DNA of 64,000 nt from Octopus vulgaris (GCA_951406725.2 OX597817.1:135966001-136030000), one strand, 5' to 3'. Positions 46,410 through 62,066 are shown, counted from the first letter of the stretch. Notes: generated from the letters alone by a model not told the origin. Made by a program: numbers and translations.

Positions 46410-47810
46410 TTTTTTCTTTAGTTTCAGGTCAGAGCTGTCACCATGCTGGGGCACCGCCGTTTTGCTACACTGTTATTACTGAGAGCCTCCTCTAATATGT
46501 GACATTTGGAGAATAAGGGAGTTTGATGTCGCTACCGTCATCTGCACCTCTTGCCACGAGGTAGGTTCATCTGGGACTTTCGACAGGAAGGGGTTCAATT
46601 TTGATTCGAAAACATCTACATCCACTTTGTGTATGTCCCTCAGGCCCTTTGGGAGAATATCAAAAAGCTGTGGGCCCTGAAACCCAGGCTGTTGCAGTAA
46701 CTGAGCCTGAAGCGCGATGACATTGTTCTGATCTTTGGCACTATGCATTGTCGACCCGTTCTGGAATTAGTGTAACTTTCAGTGCCAAAATTTGGCACAA
46801 TTCCTTCCAGGATCTTCCAGATGTATATTACTGCATACCTCTCCCGCCTCCGCTCCAGGGTATAGTGTCTTAGCTGTTCCAGCCTTTCCCAGTAGCTGAG
46901 CTGTTGCAAAGAGACAATCTTCTTTGTGAAGCTTCGCTGGATTGCTTTAAGGTCCACTGTTAATTTTACATTGTTTGGTGACCATAGCTAGGAGCAGTAA
47001 TCCAGGCGGCTGAGGACGAATGTCCTCCAGAGGACCATCATGGTTTCCTCATCTCTGGTTCTGAACCTTCTCAGGATCCAGCCAGCCAGTCGTTTGCACT
47101 TTGTCGCCATCCTGGTAATGTGCACTTGGAAAGAGGTATCATCATTCATGTCGATACCCAGGTCCCTCGCTGATTTAGGCCCTGGGATTGTAATTCCCTG
47201 TGGACTAGTGTATCCTGTAAGTTTTATATCCAGTTTTGGAGGCTGGTAGCGCAGGGTTTGGAATTTTTCAGCATTAAAATGCATATTATTATCCTCAGCC
47301 CCTCTGTAAATTAAGTCCAACTCCTGCTGCAAGTGTGCAACATCGCTGAGGTTCTGTATTTTCCGCAAGACTTTCGTATCGTCTGCGTAGCTAGCAAGGG
47401 GGGGGGCTATCCGGGCAGTTGAAGGCATATCTGAGAGGGCCACTATAAAAAGCAGAGGCCCCAAGACAGTGCCCTGTGGAACACCGCTCACTATTTGTTT
47501 TCATTGAGGTGGCTCCATTGGCCACTACTGCCTGACTTCTATCTTTCAAAAAGTCATGTAACAACTCTCCAAATTTTCCAGCTATGCTTAGACCATGCAG
47601 TTTGTGGTATATCATACCATGATCCACTTTATCAAAAGCTTTTGCCAAACCAAGTTATATGTCCATATTTGAGTTGTTGAGTAACTGCCTCAACACCCAG
47701 TCATAATGTTGTAAGAGCTGGGTCAGGCAGCTCCTACCTGGTTGAAAGCCATGCTGGGCATCACTCAGCAAGTTACTTTCTTCAAGGAATGCGATTAGTT
47801 TCCCCTCTGA
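46410..47810 (-). mobile_element. CR1/L2-group LINE, 3' part with RT
   Basis: QHGFQPGRSCLTQL, KAFDKVDHG, SGVPQGTVLGPLLF, YADDTK, SRLDYCS, LSYWERL. Confidence 0.9.
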
Positions 47811-47830
47811 CTATGTATATACATACATAC

Positions 47831-47870
<40 letters not shown>

Positions 47871-47871
47871 A

Positions 47872-47917
<46 letters not shown>

Positions 47918-47993
47918 TGTATGTATATATAGATAGATACATGCGTATATATATATACATATATGTGTATAGAGATAGAGAGAGAGATGCGTG

Positions 47994-48025
<32 letters not shown>

Positions 48026-48419
48026 TGTATGTATGCGCATAAATGTAGGCTACATGAATGTGTGTGATTGTGTTCCGTACAGTTTTTAATTTTAAGCATA
48101 TATTGAAACACTATAATTCGTAGTTTTTTTTCTTGTGCTTTGTCTGCAAATGTAACATTTCTAAACCTAACACCAGTTTTGCTCGATCTTCATTGTGTTA
48201 TCGATTAAGTCTGCTTCATTGTTCGGGCCCTGTTTGGCCTTTATTGTCAATCCCACTCCCTAGAGATCGTGTCTCGATAAAGCATTGGTGGTTGTGTCCC
48301 TTTAACACGACAGTGCTCTTTGTGAATTAAAAATGTCAAGTATAAATTTATATCTGAACTGTGTTATACAGCCTGGATCTTCAAGTAAATGTCTCTTCCA
48401 CGGCAAGTATACAACAGGA

Positions 48420-48790
48420 TGGGCCTGGTCTTTACCCAACAACAACTGCAAGGATTAGGAAAAGATGATCTCAAAGTGACAGCAGAACTCTAATGGAATG
48501 TTTCTGCAAAGATTACAAAAGAAAGATTACGAAGGTTCTCGAAAACAAAAATGTTATCAAAGACACGAATGCGTGGGCTATTCTAGTGCTGAGATGCTCT
48601 ATATCGCTTTTCTAGAATAGACAAAGATAACGCAACAGGAATTCAATAATAGTAGGAAACTACTTGCAATCTACAATGGACACCATTCCAAAATTAATAT
48701 CGACAACTTTAACCTATCAAGAAAGGGAAAATGCAGAAGATTGTTAAACACAAAAGACATCATTAGCGTTGCGATTTGGGGTTTGGAAAA
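48420..48790 (+). mobile_element. Decayed R4/Dong-type RT C-terminal fragment
   Basis: NVIKDTNAWAILVLRCS and RKLLAIYNGHHSKINIDNFNLSRKGKCRRL resemble the R4-type motifs INTWA..VLRY and HPK.D.DRLY..RK.GGRGL. Confidence 0.55.
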
Positions 48791-50519
48791 TAGTTTTACC
48801 AATCAACACAAACTAACTTTAACACAATTAACTTTTTAGATACCATTTTTAAACCCTGATAAAAATAACTTTGAGCCTTAGTTAATTATTTTACAGAGAC
48901 AAAGGTTCTAATCACCGACTTAACATTTTACGAAATTTGTTTCCCCAAATTAGTTGGTGTATGTCTTTATTGTCTGCAGATAAAGCTGTCTTTAAAAGTG
49001 CACGCAGTGGATTTAATGAAGGGATGCAAAACATGGCGAATATCAGAATTTGTTATCTAACTCAATCTTCAACTTATCTCTTAAAATAGACACAACAAAA
49101 GTATTTCTGAAGCGGATTTCCCACCATTTTTCAGTAATCATAAGCCTCGCAAACTCTACAGTATGAAACCAGTTAAATTTACCTACTTTGTATGCGAGGA
49201 CTTCAAAGCTTGCATTTGATGTCATAACATTAAAAAGTTCGCTAACAACAATAACCAGAATTAAATTTCTACACTTACCTGCCTCTGTACTGATCGTAGT
49301 AGCTGCCAGCTAGATATTAATTGCTTGGTGAAGCTCGCAACTTATTGCACTTAAATGCACTTGAGTAACAACTGTTCACCTCAGTCACATATTAGACTAA
49401 CCACAGATTTCTTCAAAATATGAATCTACCGACATAAACACACCGACAGAAAGAAGCTTCGCTGCGGCTAAATATATTTGACTTCTTAAAGAGACGACCT
49501 ATCACACGTACATGAATTATTCCATCCTGGGCCATGCACTACCATGCTACCTCAGAAGCTTTGCATTCAGACTCCGTTACCATTTATACTTAACTTGATC
49601 AACTTCCAAATGGCTTGAAGCTTTTCATAGCAGCTGAGGAGAGACGGGCGAGATGTTACATATATGCGAATGCAAACCATTCGCGAGCTTTTTACTTACT
49701 GCTGAGAAAAGGATAACGCCTTCACCACAACAGCAACATCACCAACAAAAGCAGTATCATCAACAACGACACACCCATAACAGCAGTGCCAACAACAACA
49801 ATATCAAAAACAACTTCAGTAACAGACACTAGCGCCATAACCCAGAAAGAAAAGTATGGCCTACACACCAGAACCCATAGAAAATTTCCCTATATCAGTC
49901 AAGCTGACTACCAGCATAGAAATACCCCGCTGCGCAAACAGTCTCCACCTGCCCACCCTCGCCATAGATTTCTCCGACTGTGAAAACTCATCTCGCGACG
50001 AAGTCAGAATGGATTCTTGTGAAGGACAAAGACTTAAAAATGAAAAGCGTTGCAGCGGACTAAAAAAGGAAGAGATTAGAGGAGGAAACACATAATCCGA
50101 CAAATAATCGCACACTCAAACTCTCAACACCCACGCAAAATCTCTGACAACACTACAAACAGCATAACAAAGGAAAACACATATCAATCTACACCAGCAA
50201 CGTGGACAGCACCCTCGAAACCGAACAAACAAACAATATTGTCAACTATCCGGCCAGAGACACAAACAACAACGACTTAATGAAACATGTTCATCAATGC
50301 ACATACACCCCTACTCACATAAAGCATTGTAAAAACAACGTAAGAAACCTGCAACAGACTGAAAGCAAAATATATCAAGGCAATGAGAGATTTCATAGGG
50401 ATTATAAGCAAAGGACTCTTTAAAGAAATGCTTGTGGAGTGAGCCATAAATAATCAGAAAGCGAGACACGTGATCCTCCACAAAAATGTGTTTCTTTTAC
50501 TAATTTTATCTTTTGTCGA

Positions 50520-51670
50520 ATATGACCATACTCAGAATAAGCACGACGTGAAAGCACGTCGTGTGGGGTCCCCCTGGATGAAGGACCACTTATTCAATGA
50601 CTCCAGGTCACTAGATATAGGTGCAGTGGCCATCAGCGAGACCAGAATTTCCGAAGCACTAGCATTCGTGAACATCTTCGGCAGCTATGAGTTGTAAGCA
50701 TCTCCAAGCCAGCCAGTATTGTGTAGCGGGGTAGCTGTGTTGTATCAAAAAAGGTTGAATCTTTGCAAACGGGTCATCTTCTTAAACCCAGAAAGTAATT
50801 TGACGGTGCTTAGCAAATTTGTAGCAATAAGGGAAAATTGATTAGAATGAGTCTTAGAGATTTAGAAGTGCGCGTAGAAAACTACGCGCTCGCGTTGAGA
50901 TTGGCCTTGACTAATTCTTCAACGCAAAACGTAATGCATTGTCAAACCTAAGACGCTTGATCCAAGAATCGGTGGGACAAAAGCCTTTCAATGGGCCTGA
51001 GTGAGAAAAGCACAACGTGGCAAGAAATCCACAATTCGGTCTTTGGTGGACCAAGATGGGTGCATGCTACATGACACCTGACTTATGTTTACAACTCTTT
51101 GGCAGCACCGAACTCGATTGCTCAGGACGAGTGGCGAGCCGGATCGCAGAATGGACTTCAGTACCTACTTTCACTGCCTAACACGATCTCAGTGCAAAGG
51201 GTGAAGTGTTGTGAAAATAAGATAACAGCCTCGGAAATACGAGAAACGATGATTGTTTGCACTGCAGGCAAGTCGTCTTGTTGACATGGTCTGCCCTACG
51301 AGCTTTACTTTTACATGCCAGATTTGTTTGGAGACCTCTTAGCAGACATTTGTCGCGACTGGTAGCACAACGGGGAAATACCCCGTTCTGTGAATCGAAA
51401 AGCGATGAGGCTATTAGAAATGGACTCAAACAAGGGGGCCACATTGATAATTATCGATCCATAACTCAGTTATATACAAATTTCAAAATTTTAGTCAAAG
51501 CGTTAGCGAAGAGATTAGCGCATGCTAATGGCCTAATTGATGATGTGCAAAACATGTGCCACCCCGAACAGATCTACCCACGACAACGTCCACTTCATGC
51601 GATACATAGAGAGGTAAAGAAGCTAGTATGATTGAGACCCTAATCAATTTAGATCAATCAAAAGCTTGTT
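50520..51670 (+). mobile_element. Decayed L1/Tx1-type LINE ORF2 (APE and RT start)
   Basis: AVAISETRI and SGVAVL (APE); ITASEIRE...GKS..HGLPYELY, NYRSITQLYTNFKILVKALAKRL, INLDQSKA (RT). Confidence 0.7.
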
Positions 51671-51750
51671 TGTCCTCGGAAAATTCATTTTTAGAGGAAC
51701 TCCTTTGTTGTTTTTTTTAATTTATCAAATTTAGCAATCGCATTACTTAC

Positions 51751-52060
51751 AGGCATATGGCCTAGTGGTTAGAACAGCGGATTCGCGGTCGAAGGATCGC
51801 GGGTTCGAATCTCAGACCAGGCGATATGTATGTTTATGAGCGGAACACCTCAGCGCCACGCGACTCCGGCAGAAGGTAATGGCGAACTTCTGCTGACTCT
51901 TTCGCCACAACTTTCTCTCGCTCTTTCCTCCTGCATCTTGCAGCTCACTTGCGACAGACTGGCGTCCCGTCCAGGTGGGGAACCGTTACGCCAAGGAAAC
52001 CGGGAAACCGGCCCTTATGAGCCAGGCATGGCTCGACAAGGAACAAACAAAAAACAAACA
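51751..52060 (+). mobile_element. tRNA-derived SINE (family S3)
   Basis: TGGCCTAGTGG A box, GGTTCGAATC B box, (AAAC)n-like tail. Confidence 0.85.
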
Positions 52061-53222
52061 ATCTATAGTGATCAATGAATTCGTATTTTGCTATGAATAT
52101 TTATGATAACGAAGGCGGCGAGTTTACGGAATCGTTAGCAGACTGGGGAAAGTACTTAGCAGCATTTGAGCCGTCTTTATGTTCTGAGTTCGAATTCCGC
52201 CAGGGTCGACAAAATGAGTCTCGGATGAACACTAAGATCGATTAAATCGACTTAACCTCTCCCTTTCACTATCATGCTGGCCTTGTGCCAAAATTTGAAA
52301 CCATTATTCATGACATCGATTTTAGGAAGAAATTATTTTAGTAATTTACAATTTAAAAACTGAGAATTTCGAAATTTAAGTTTGAAAATATTTTAAATTT
52401 AATTTCTTTTAAAAGATAGTTTCCAATAATAAAATGATGGTTTAAAATAAATGAAGGGTGATAAACGATGAAGATGAACGAAAATAAAAATAATGTAGTT
52501 TGTATCTTAGTAATTTTTATGTCAAATATATTTTTTTATGGTGATAAAAATATTGATTAAAAAATAAGATTAAAATAAAAGAACACAGACAGCGCACAAA
52601 AATATCTATCTATTCTCTTAACTACCTATCTCGCTTCATGTGTATGTGTGTGTGTATTTACGTATGCTTTTACGTGCAAAATCAGTGTCTTATGGAAAGC
52701 AGTAGCAATGCAGGTCGAATAACAAAATCATAGTAATGTTACTTTAGAAATATTTCGGGTAAAATACCCCTTTTCAAAACTGAAAAATATATCCATTAAC
52801 TTGGCATGCCAGTTCTGTATGTGTCTGCGGCAGTCAAAAGGTTACTTGTGAAGAGATGTGAAGTTTGAGGTTATGATGGGCAGCTGTGATGTGCGACATA
52901 TAAACAAGCTATCCAACAGCAACCAGCTTAGATCGAATGAGGTGTTGTGACAATACCTCACAGCCCTTCGAACATAATACACCGTCCCAAATTCCTCATC
53001 CTTCCACACGTGGTCTTATGATCAACACACACATATACACAAAGAGTTAGTACCTGCTGGTCAGAATAATATATTGAGGATTTATTAAACTTTGCTATTC
53101 GTTTTTAGGAGTAAAATGCTATTAGAATTAAGCTCCTGCCTCTGTCCCTTTTCCCAGTTGTGCCTCTCTAGAGGTTCTAATAGGTCGCCGAGCAAGATTT
53201 TACATGACTTTGATATTCTGAA

Positions 53223-53759
53223 CACGCATTGAAACCACACTTATAAGTCCACCTCCAAATTATTGTAAAATTTCATATTTGTATGGTGTGTGCACATACA
53301 CACTTATGATTGTTTCTCTTAGAACCAACAATACATCAATGCTCAACTAATGGATTTATAATGGAGCTATATCCGCTGCCATTTACAGATCCTTATCATT
53401 TAGCTTCTTTTTCTTGCCCAGGGGCGCAGTATTGATATTCCCGAGAACCTAGTGTTGTTGTCGAACACTATTCAGATTATCAATAAGAATTCGAACATTC
53501 CAAAATCAAAATTCTATAAAATAGTCATTGTTTTAACCACACGAGTATGGTTCATCTGGATGTGAAGATTCAATCGGGGAGGCTGAGACAATCCACGTTT
53601 GGGGCCACTCTTCTAACCTCTTCTCATTGAGATGAGCGGCTTCGAGAAATTTTCTTTTTATACGGCACAGTGTTACTCCTACTGCCGTTAGATGATCAGA
53701 GAACTTTTGAGGAAGAAGTAAATTTGAAGGTGGACTTATAAGTGTGGTTTTAATGCGTG
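53223..53759. mobile_element. MITE-like element with 39-bp TIRs
   Basis: 53223-53261 versus 53721-53759, two mismatches; no clear TSD. Confidence 0.7.
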
Positions 53760-54013
53760 GAGGAAGAAGCTGTTGAACATCACCTTCCTCATTATTTCGT
53801 CAGTGAAATATTTCGATCAATGGCAATGACTGGAGGTAAGAAACTGCTTCATAAAACCCTCCACTATCATTGACACTGAAGACGAGTCCTCCACCTGTAG
53901 CGAAGAACTTCTCACTTTACCTCAACACTAGCATGGGGGCCAAGGTAAGTGTTATTGGTCCTAGGGAAGGAGGGCTTTCATGTCTTTTCTGCCGGACACA
54001 TATTCATGCACAC

Positions 54014-54075
<62 letters not shown>

Positions 54076-54159
54076 ACACACACACATGCATAGGAGGTTC
54101 CAAAGCATGTATTTTTAGATTTAACTCACTGGAAATAATGAAGTGGGGAGTGGGGTAGA

Positions 54160-54565
54160 CTAACCTTTGGAGAAGAAAATTTTATTCTGGGATATTACAG
54201 GAAGTTCGAAAATTCAGTCAAAAGTGCAAAGACAGTTTAGGAGGGAGTTTCAAACAGATCCATCCACGTGCCATACTATCACTCCAATTAAAGACTTGGC
54301 CTCATCTGACCATCATCCGTTCCCCAACATGAAAAAACACTTGACTGGGGTCCAGTATCGCAGTGATGATAACATTATATCTGTTGTTGATCCCTTTTTT
54401 GAGCAACAGCATGGAAGCTTCTTTAGGAATGGGATCCAAGCCCTACAACACCGATGGAAGAAGAGTGTGGGCTGCAAGAGGGACCAGGTTGAAAAAATAA
54501 ACCTCATTTGGTTACATTCCATGAGAATATCTTGGCCAACCTATGAACTTTTCAGCTGACCCTCG
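54160..54565 (+). mobile_element. Mariner remnant (HTH stub, C-terminus and right TIR)
   Basis: VQRQFRREF...; DLASSDHHPFPNMKKHL...FFRNGIQALQHRWKK; ends GAACTTTTCAGCTGACCCTCG|TA. Confidence 0.85.
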
Positions 54566-54597
<32 letters not shown>

Positions 54598-54679
54598 TGT
54601 ATGTATGTATGTATGTATGTATTGTATGTCTATGTATGTATGCATGCATGTGTGTATGTCATGAATGTAAGTATGTACG

Positions 54680-54731
<52 letters not shown>

Positions 54732-55689
54732 CACACACACAGACTTCATTTGTGTGTTTGACAAGGTTACCATTGGTTTCATGCCGAGAGATTTCTCAGC
54801 GGTCATCAAATCTTCTACATGGGACATTTGTATTCATCTCCATCTTGGATGAGAATACAACGAAGCTACACGAGACCGTGCGGGAATTTGCAATAAAGAA
54901 GTAAATATATAGATCAAGGGGACAACTCCTAATTGTTGTCTCCCTTGTATTAACCCTGGCCACGTCCAAATTTATAAATATAGATATATAAACACACATA
55001 TAAATATATAAATACACAGGTATATGAACATACATATCCATACAGAATATGTGCATGCGCGCGCACACATGCACACACACACACAAACACACACTCTCAC
55101 TCACACACATAAACACACTAGTCCACACGCCCACACCTGCGTTATGCATTTTATTCATGTTTGAGTATGTGCACATAATTGTGGAGTTTCACATATTTAT
55201 TTTCTTTTTACATATTTTAACGTCAAAATGTGGTCCATGGGATTATGAGTTCATGGGACTATGTATATTTGATTTTGATTTTGATTTTTCCAGTTTCAGC
55301 TCATGAGCTGTGGCCATGCTGGGGCACCGCCATTTGTATATGTTTATTATGTAAATCATACGATGTCATACACATACATACACACGTCTGCATTATGAAT
55401 TTTGTTCATGTTTGAGTAGAGTTTCCCATGTTTTGCCGTCAAAATTTGGGATTGTAAATTCATGTGGTTGTAGATTCATAAATTTGTGTATATACGTATT
55501 CTGTGATACATGTGGCGTCATGAGTGTGTGCTGTAATGTACGTATATCTGTGTAATGAGGGATTTCAGCCTATGTTTATGGGAGCATATGTCTTTTATGC
55601 ATAGTGTTCATATAATGCTTATAATTGATGTTCAGAGAAAAAGTTTATCCATGTTGAAGGGCTGGCGAAGTAGAATGGGTGGGGGAAAT

Positions 55690-56060
55690 ATGCTTGAAAT
55701 TTCGATGCATGAATTGTTGCCTGTGTATGCAGTGAGAGGTGTGGGGGTTCTTCCGTAATATTTAAAACGTTCACTATTGATGTTATGATATTCAGTTTTT
55801 TCGGTAATGCAGAGCTCGCATTTGCTGCGTCGTCCCAGTATTTGCTGGCCTTAGTAACTCCAGTTTATCTGGGGGCTGCTCACGTCTTCCTCTCTTTAAG
55901 TGCCCATACCATATTAGATAAAGAGGTTGTGTCTTTTGTTTTATCTTTGAACGAAGCCAAATGCTGCATATATCTTTCTTTGAAAGTATTTCCCGTCATT
56001 CCAATGTAGGTCTTCGTCGTTCCGTTCAAATCCGCAATGTTGCTCTTGTACACTAATTTT
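55690..56060 (-). pseudogene. Penelope-like GIY-YIG endonuclease remnant
   Basis: LVYKS...[21 protein letters not shown]...TSLSNMVWALK, then frameshifted SKCELCITEK and HCIHRQQF. Confidence 0.8.
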
Positions 56061-56116
56061 TAAAGGCACACACACATGACAGATATACAATGAGACAGAC
56101 AGACAGACAGACAGAC

Positions 56117-56167
<51 letters not shown>

Positions 56168-56210
56168 CAAACAGATAGATAGATCCATAGATATAGATAG
56201 ATAGACAGAC

Positions 56211-56310
<100 letters not shown>

Positions 56311-57021
56311 GTGCATATACATGTTTACGTATATGTATATAGACCTCAGTGGAGGTACATAGCTTTTTGTGTAAGGGTGTTGCATTCGTGATCATAAGAT
56401 TGTGTCTTCAATTCCTCGACCGGGAGATTGTTGTGTTCTTGAGCCTTGCTTCATTTCTCGTTGTTTCAGTTCAATCAGTTCACTCCAGAGAGTGGGGAAG
56501 TGGGTGCTATAGGCTCCACACAATGCGGCATTTTGGACTCATGAGCCTTTGGTTCGGAAAGGACCTTTGATCCTTCGAACTTTTTATATATGTATTTGTG
56601 TGTGTGTGAATGTGAGTGTGAGTGTAAGTGTGTGTGCATATGTGCGTATGTATGTATAATCTGTATGTGTACATACTCACATGCATGTGTATAATATATA
56701 TGTGGGCGTATGTGTGCATCTATATAAGTATCTATATCATGTATCACCAGTCAACACAAGTGTGTATGTATGTGTGTATAAATACATACGTGTATATTTA
56801 TACCTAGATATATTGCGTGTGTGTGTGTGTGTGTGGTACATGTGAACAACAAACGTGGACAGAGAAGAGAGAATGTCTGTGCAAACAGAAATGGTCGCTG
56901 GCGAGAAAGGAATGGCGAAGAAAGTGGATCAACGCGCGAGAAGAAAAGACAGAAAAAGGAAGAATAAGGAAGGGAGCGGAGGAGGAGAGAAATAGTGTCT
57001 AGTTGAGGGATGAATAGTAGG

Positions 57022-57058
<37 letters not shown>

Positions 57059-57132
57059 GTAACTGTGTGTATAGGCGTACATATATATATGTATGCGTGT
57101 ATATATATATATAAATATGTATATGTATATAT

Positions 57133-57163
<31 letters not shown>

Positions 57164-58430
57164 AACTTAAACTGAGAGTGTGAAAAAAAGGGAGCGAAAA
57201 ATAGAATGTGTGTGTGTGTGTCTGTCTGCATCTCTCTTTCTTTCTCTCTCTCTCTCTCTCTCTATGTATGTATGTATGTACGTGTATATATATATATATA
57301 TATATAAACACGTGTGTGCGTGTGTGTATATATATTTATGTATGTGTGTGTGTTTGTGTGAATTTATTTCTCTCCATTTCGCTCTCGTTAGTCCTCTTCT
57401 TTGTATTATATATACATACATATATGTAGGCATGTACATATATATGTATGTATATATTATTTATATTATATATATATATATGTGTGTGTGTGTGTGACAG
57501 AGAGAGAGAGAGAGAGAGAGAGAGTGTGTGTGTGTGCATGTGTGCATGTGTGTGTTTGTGTGTGTGCGTGTATGAAATAGACAACGAATTTGGAAGACAA
57601 AAAGATAAATAATGGGAAACAGAGAAAAGGGAAAGGATTTTCAAAGAATTAGAGGGTGGAGAGTGAGTATACGACACACACACACACACTCACACACTCA
57701 CACACGCACATACGCGCACTTTTGGATGGAAAGCAAAAGAGAGAAACATTGAAAGGCGCTGGTGGTAGTGGTGGTGGTGGTGGTGACGGTGGTGGTGGTG
57801 GTGGTGGTGGGGTGAAATGGGAGAGAGATGGTGGGTCAAGGAGGAAGGGGGTAAGGGAAGATAGGAGATAGAGGGAGAATTGTGGGGTGGGGTGTGAGTA
57901 TTGATTTGTTGGTCGGAAGGTGGACAATGGCTAAAGTTTAACTGAGAGAGAGGAGGGCGGGAAGGAGGAAGTGGGGGAGAGGGATCGCAGCTACGTCTAG
58001 CGTGATTGACCCGGGCAGAGTGTGGACCTGCATACAGCCAGGTAGACTGTGTATGGCTGATTGTCATCATTTGTCAACAAAACCTGCGAGAAACAGCAGC
58101 GAATTCGCCCTCAAATTGCTACCTTCTTTAAAGAAAAGCATGCCATTTGCAGATACTTTGATGTTCAAATAACTTTGAGAGGGTCATAAGAGGAGCGTCT
58201 ACTCTGCCAGAGCTCACCTGGAGCCCAAATAACTACAACAATAACAAACACAACAAGGACAATAATTGTTCTGAATTGTGCGGCACGTTGGGAGCGGCAC
58301 GAACACATTAAAGCGCTCAGAGCAACATTACAGTGTTACCGACCGAGAAGAGAAACACACACGCGCGCACACACACACACCTGAAGATCAATGAGTGTCT
58401 GTATATAATATAATGAGTGAAAGAGATACT

Positions 58431-58560
<130 letters not shown>

Positions 58561-59588
58561 GATAGATAGATACATACATACATACATACATACATACATA
58601 CATACATACATACATACATAAACAGACAGATAGATATACGCCCCCCACCGCGCATACATACGCACACACACACACACACACACACATACACACACACACG
58701 TATTATTCCCTTTTCTTTTTTCCTTTTGTTTCTTTTCCTCACTGCAGTGAAGCCATGCTGGGGCATCTCATCGTCATACATAAAATAAACACCTACGCTG
58801 ACATTCACACGCTTCACTTAGATACTGTGGCCATGCTGGGGCATCCCCACTGGTGTAATTTTTCGTTTATTTCATTAACTGAGCCCGCTCTCCTCGTTTG
58901 CCCTCATCTGGGTCTTACTATGATCTAGGTCTATATGGCAACTCGGATGAAAAGACTTGTCTAAGGGTTTTATTTTTCGACACCTCCATTTCTACGACTC
59001 ACAAACCTCCGGTATTTCTTTGGGAAACGTAATGAAAAGCTATCGGCTTAACTTTTAACAGTATTTCGTCCTCACTACAGACACATGCTTATGGTCATAC
59101 GTATATACAATCATGCACATGCACACACACACACACACACACATTTCTATTTGTATAAATTTTTATGCATTTGCGTGTGTGTGCATATCTATAAACATAC
59201 ACATACATACATACACATATATGCATACATATGTATACATATATATATATATAGAAACACACACACACACACACATGACACACACCACACACACACACGC
59301 ACACGAACACATACATTCTCCCACTCTCTGTTATTATATATCTTTGTGTATATAAATCTATACATACATACGCATTCTTTTATTCTTTCATTTGTTTTAG
59401 TCGTTTGACTGCGGACATGCTGGAGCACCGCCTTTAATCGAATAAATCGACTCCAGGACTTATTGTTTGTAAGCCTAGCACTTACTCTATGGATATCTTT
59501 TGGCGAACCGCTAAGTTACGGGAACGTAAAAACACCAACATCGGTTCTCAAACGATATATTGTGGCGACAGACACACAAACATATATA

Positions 59589-59677
<89 letters not shown>

Positions 59678-59715
59678 GGCAAGTTTCTTTCAGTTTCCGT
59701 CTACCAAATTCACTA

Positions 59716-60080
59716 GGCAATGGCCCATTGGTTAGGGCAGTAGACTTGTGGTCATAGGATCACGGTTTCGAATCCCAGACCGGCCGTTGTGAGTGTTTAT
59801 TGAGCGAAAACACTTAAAGTTCTACAGGGTGGTGGCGAACCCTGTTGTACTTTTTCACCACAACTTTTCTCTCACTTTTTTTTTCCTGTTTCTGTTGTAC
59901 CTGTATTTTCAAAGGGGCCAGCCTTGCCACACTCTGTGTCACGCTGAACCTCCCCGAAAACTACGTTAAGGGTACACGTGTCTGTGGAGTGCTCAGCCAC
60001 TTGTACGTTAATTCCACGAGCAGGTTGTTCTATTGATCGGATCGACTGGAACCCTCGTCGTCGTAACCGACGGAGTGCCG
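59716..60080 (+). mobile_element. tRNA-derived SINE (S3-related head, different tail)
   Basis: A/B boxes; reverse-complement copy at 63620-64000. Confidence 0.85.
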
Positions 60081-60147
60081 TAGATCGTATCTATAGATAC
60101 ATGTTTGTATATATTTCATGTGTATATTTTTTATATATACATACATA

Positions 60148-60207
<60 letters not shown>

Positions 60208-60274
60208 TGTGTACGTGTTACCTTCTATTGAAGAGTTGATGCATATTTCCGGTGTAATATATGCATGATCAAGC

Positions 60275-60755
<481 letters not shown>

Positions 60756-61255
60756 CGTTTCTCCTGGAAGCACAAGGCCTGAAATTTTGGCGGGAGAGGA
60801 CTAGTCGATTACACCGATCCCAGTATTTCACTGGTACTTAATCTATCGACCCCCGAAAGGATGAATGGCAAAATCGACCCAATGGATTGAACTCAGAACA
60901 TAAAGACGGATAAAATACCGCTAAGCATTTCATCCGGCTTGCTTACGATTCCCTTACGAGTTTAGTCACAGGTCCAGTAAATTCGTTTGCTGGGGGTAGG
61001 GAGGGATTTAGTCGATAATATCGATCCCAGTACGTGATTGGTGCGTTATTTTATTGATACCAGAATTTAACTACGTCCATATTCTAGTGAAACCAAGAGG
61101 AGCAAAATCAATGAGGGTTTGCCAGGATTTTCTACTGTATCATGTGTGAGTTGTGTTTGTACTTACATACACGCATACATACATACATACATACATACAT
61201 ACATACATACATACATACATACATACATACATACATACATACATACATACATACT

Positions 61256-61328
<73 letters not shown>

Positions 61329-61457
61329 CTTGCTTCCCAACAACATGGTTCCGAGTTCCCTCTGCATGGCATCTTGGGTATGTGTCCTCTACTATAGCCG
61401 CGGCCGACCGAAGCCTTCTGCGTGGATTTGGTAGACGGGAGCTGAAAGAAGCCCATC

Positions 61458-61535
<78 letters not shown>

Positions 61536-61786
61536 TATATATATATATGTGTGTGTGTGTGTATTTGTGTGGTTGTGTTTGTCCACCCACCGTCGCTTGA
61601 CAACCAATGATGGTGCGTTTACGTCCCCGTAACTTAGTGATTCAGCAAAAGTGATCAATAGAATAAGTACTAGGCTTACAAAGAATAAGTCCTGGGGTCG
61701 ATTTGCTCCAGCATGGCTGCAGTCTACTGACAAGTAAAAGAGTAAAAGAAAAGAATATATCTATATATCTATATATCTATATCTAC

Positions 61787-61949
<163 letters not shown>

Positions 61950-61994
61950 CACGTTTGCTGATCTTCAAAACGGTAAAAGTGTAAACAACAAATT

Positions 61995-62066
61995 AAAAAG
62001 AATGGTTTATTAGCAATTAGAACCTAAATGCACTTCAGGTTCTAATTGCTAGTAAGCCATCTTTTT
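61995..62066. repeat. 72-bp near-perfect hairpin
   Basis: ATGGTTTATTAGCAATTAGAACCT / AGGTTCTAATTGCTAGTAAGCCAT. Confidence 0.9.

Noticed and set aside
51751-51822. tRNA gene
   Set aside because: Acceptor stem not closed and it continues into a SINE body; same for the 59716 and 64000 heads
54755-54965. Continuation of the L1/Tx1 RT (VFDKV...IDQG)
   Set aside because: Similarity too weak to call without a search
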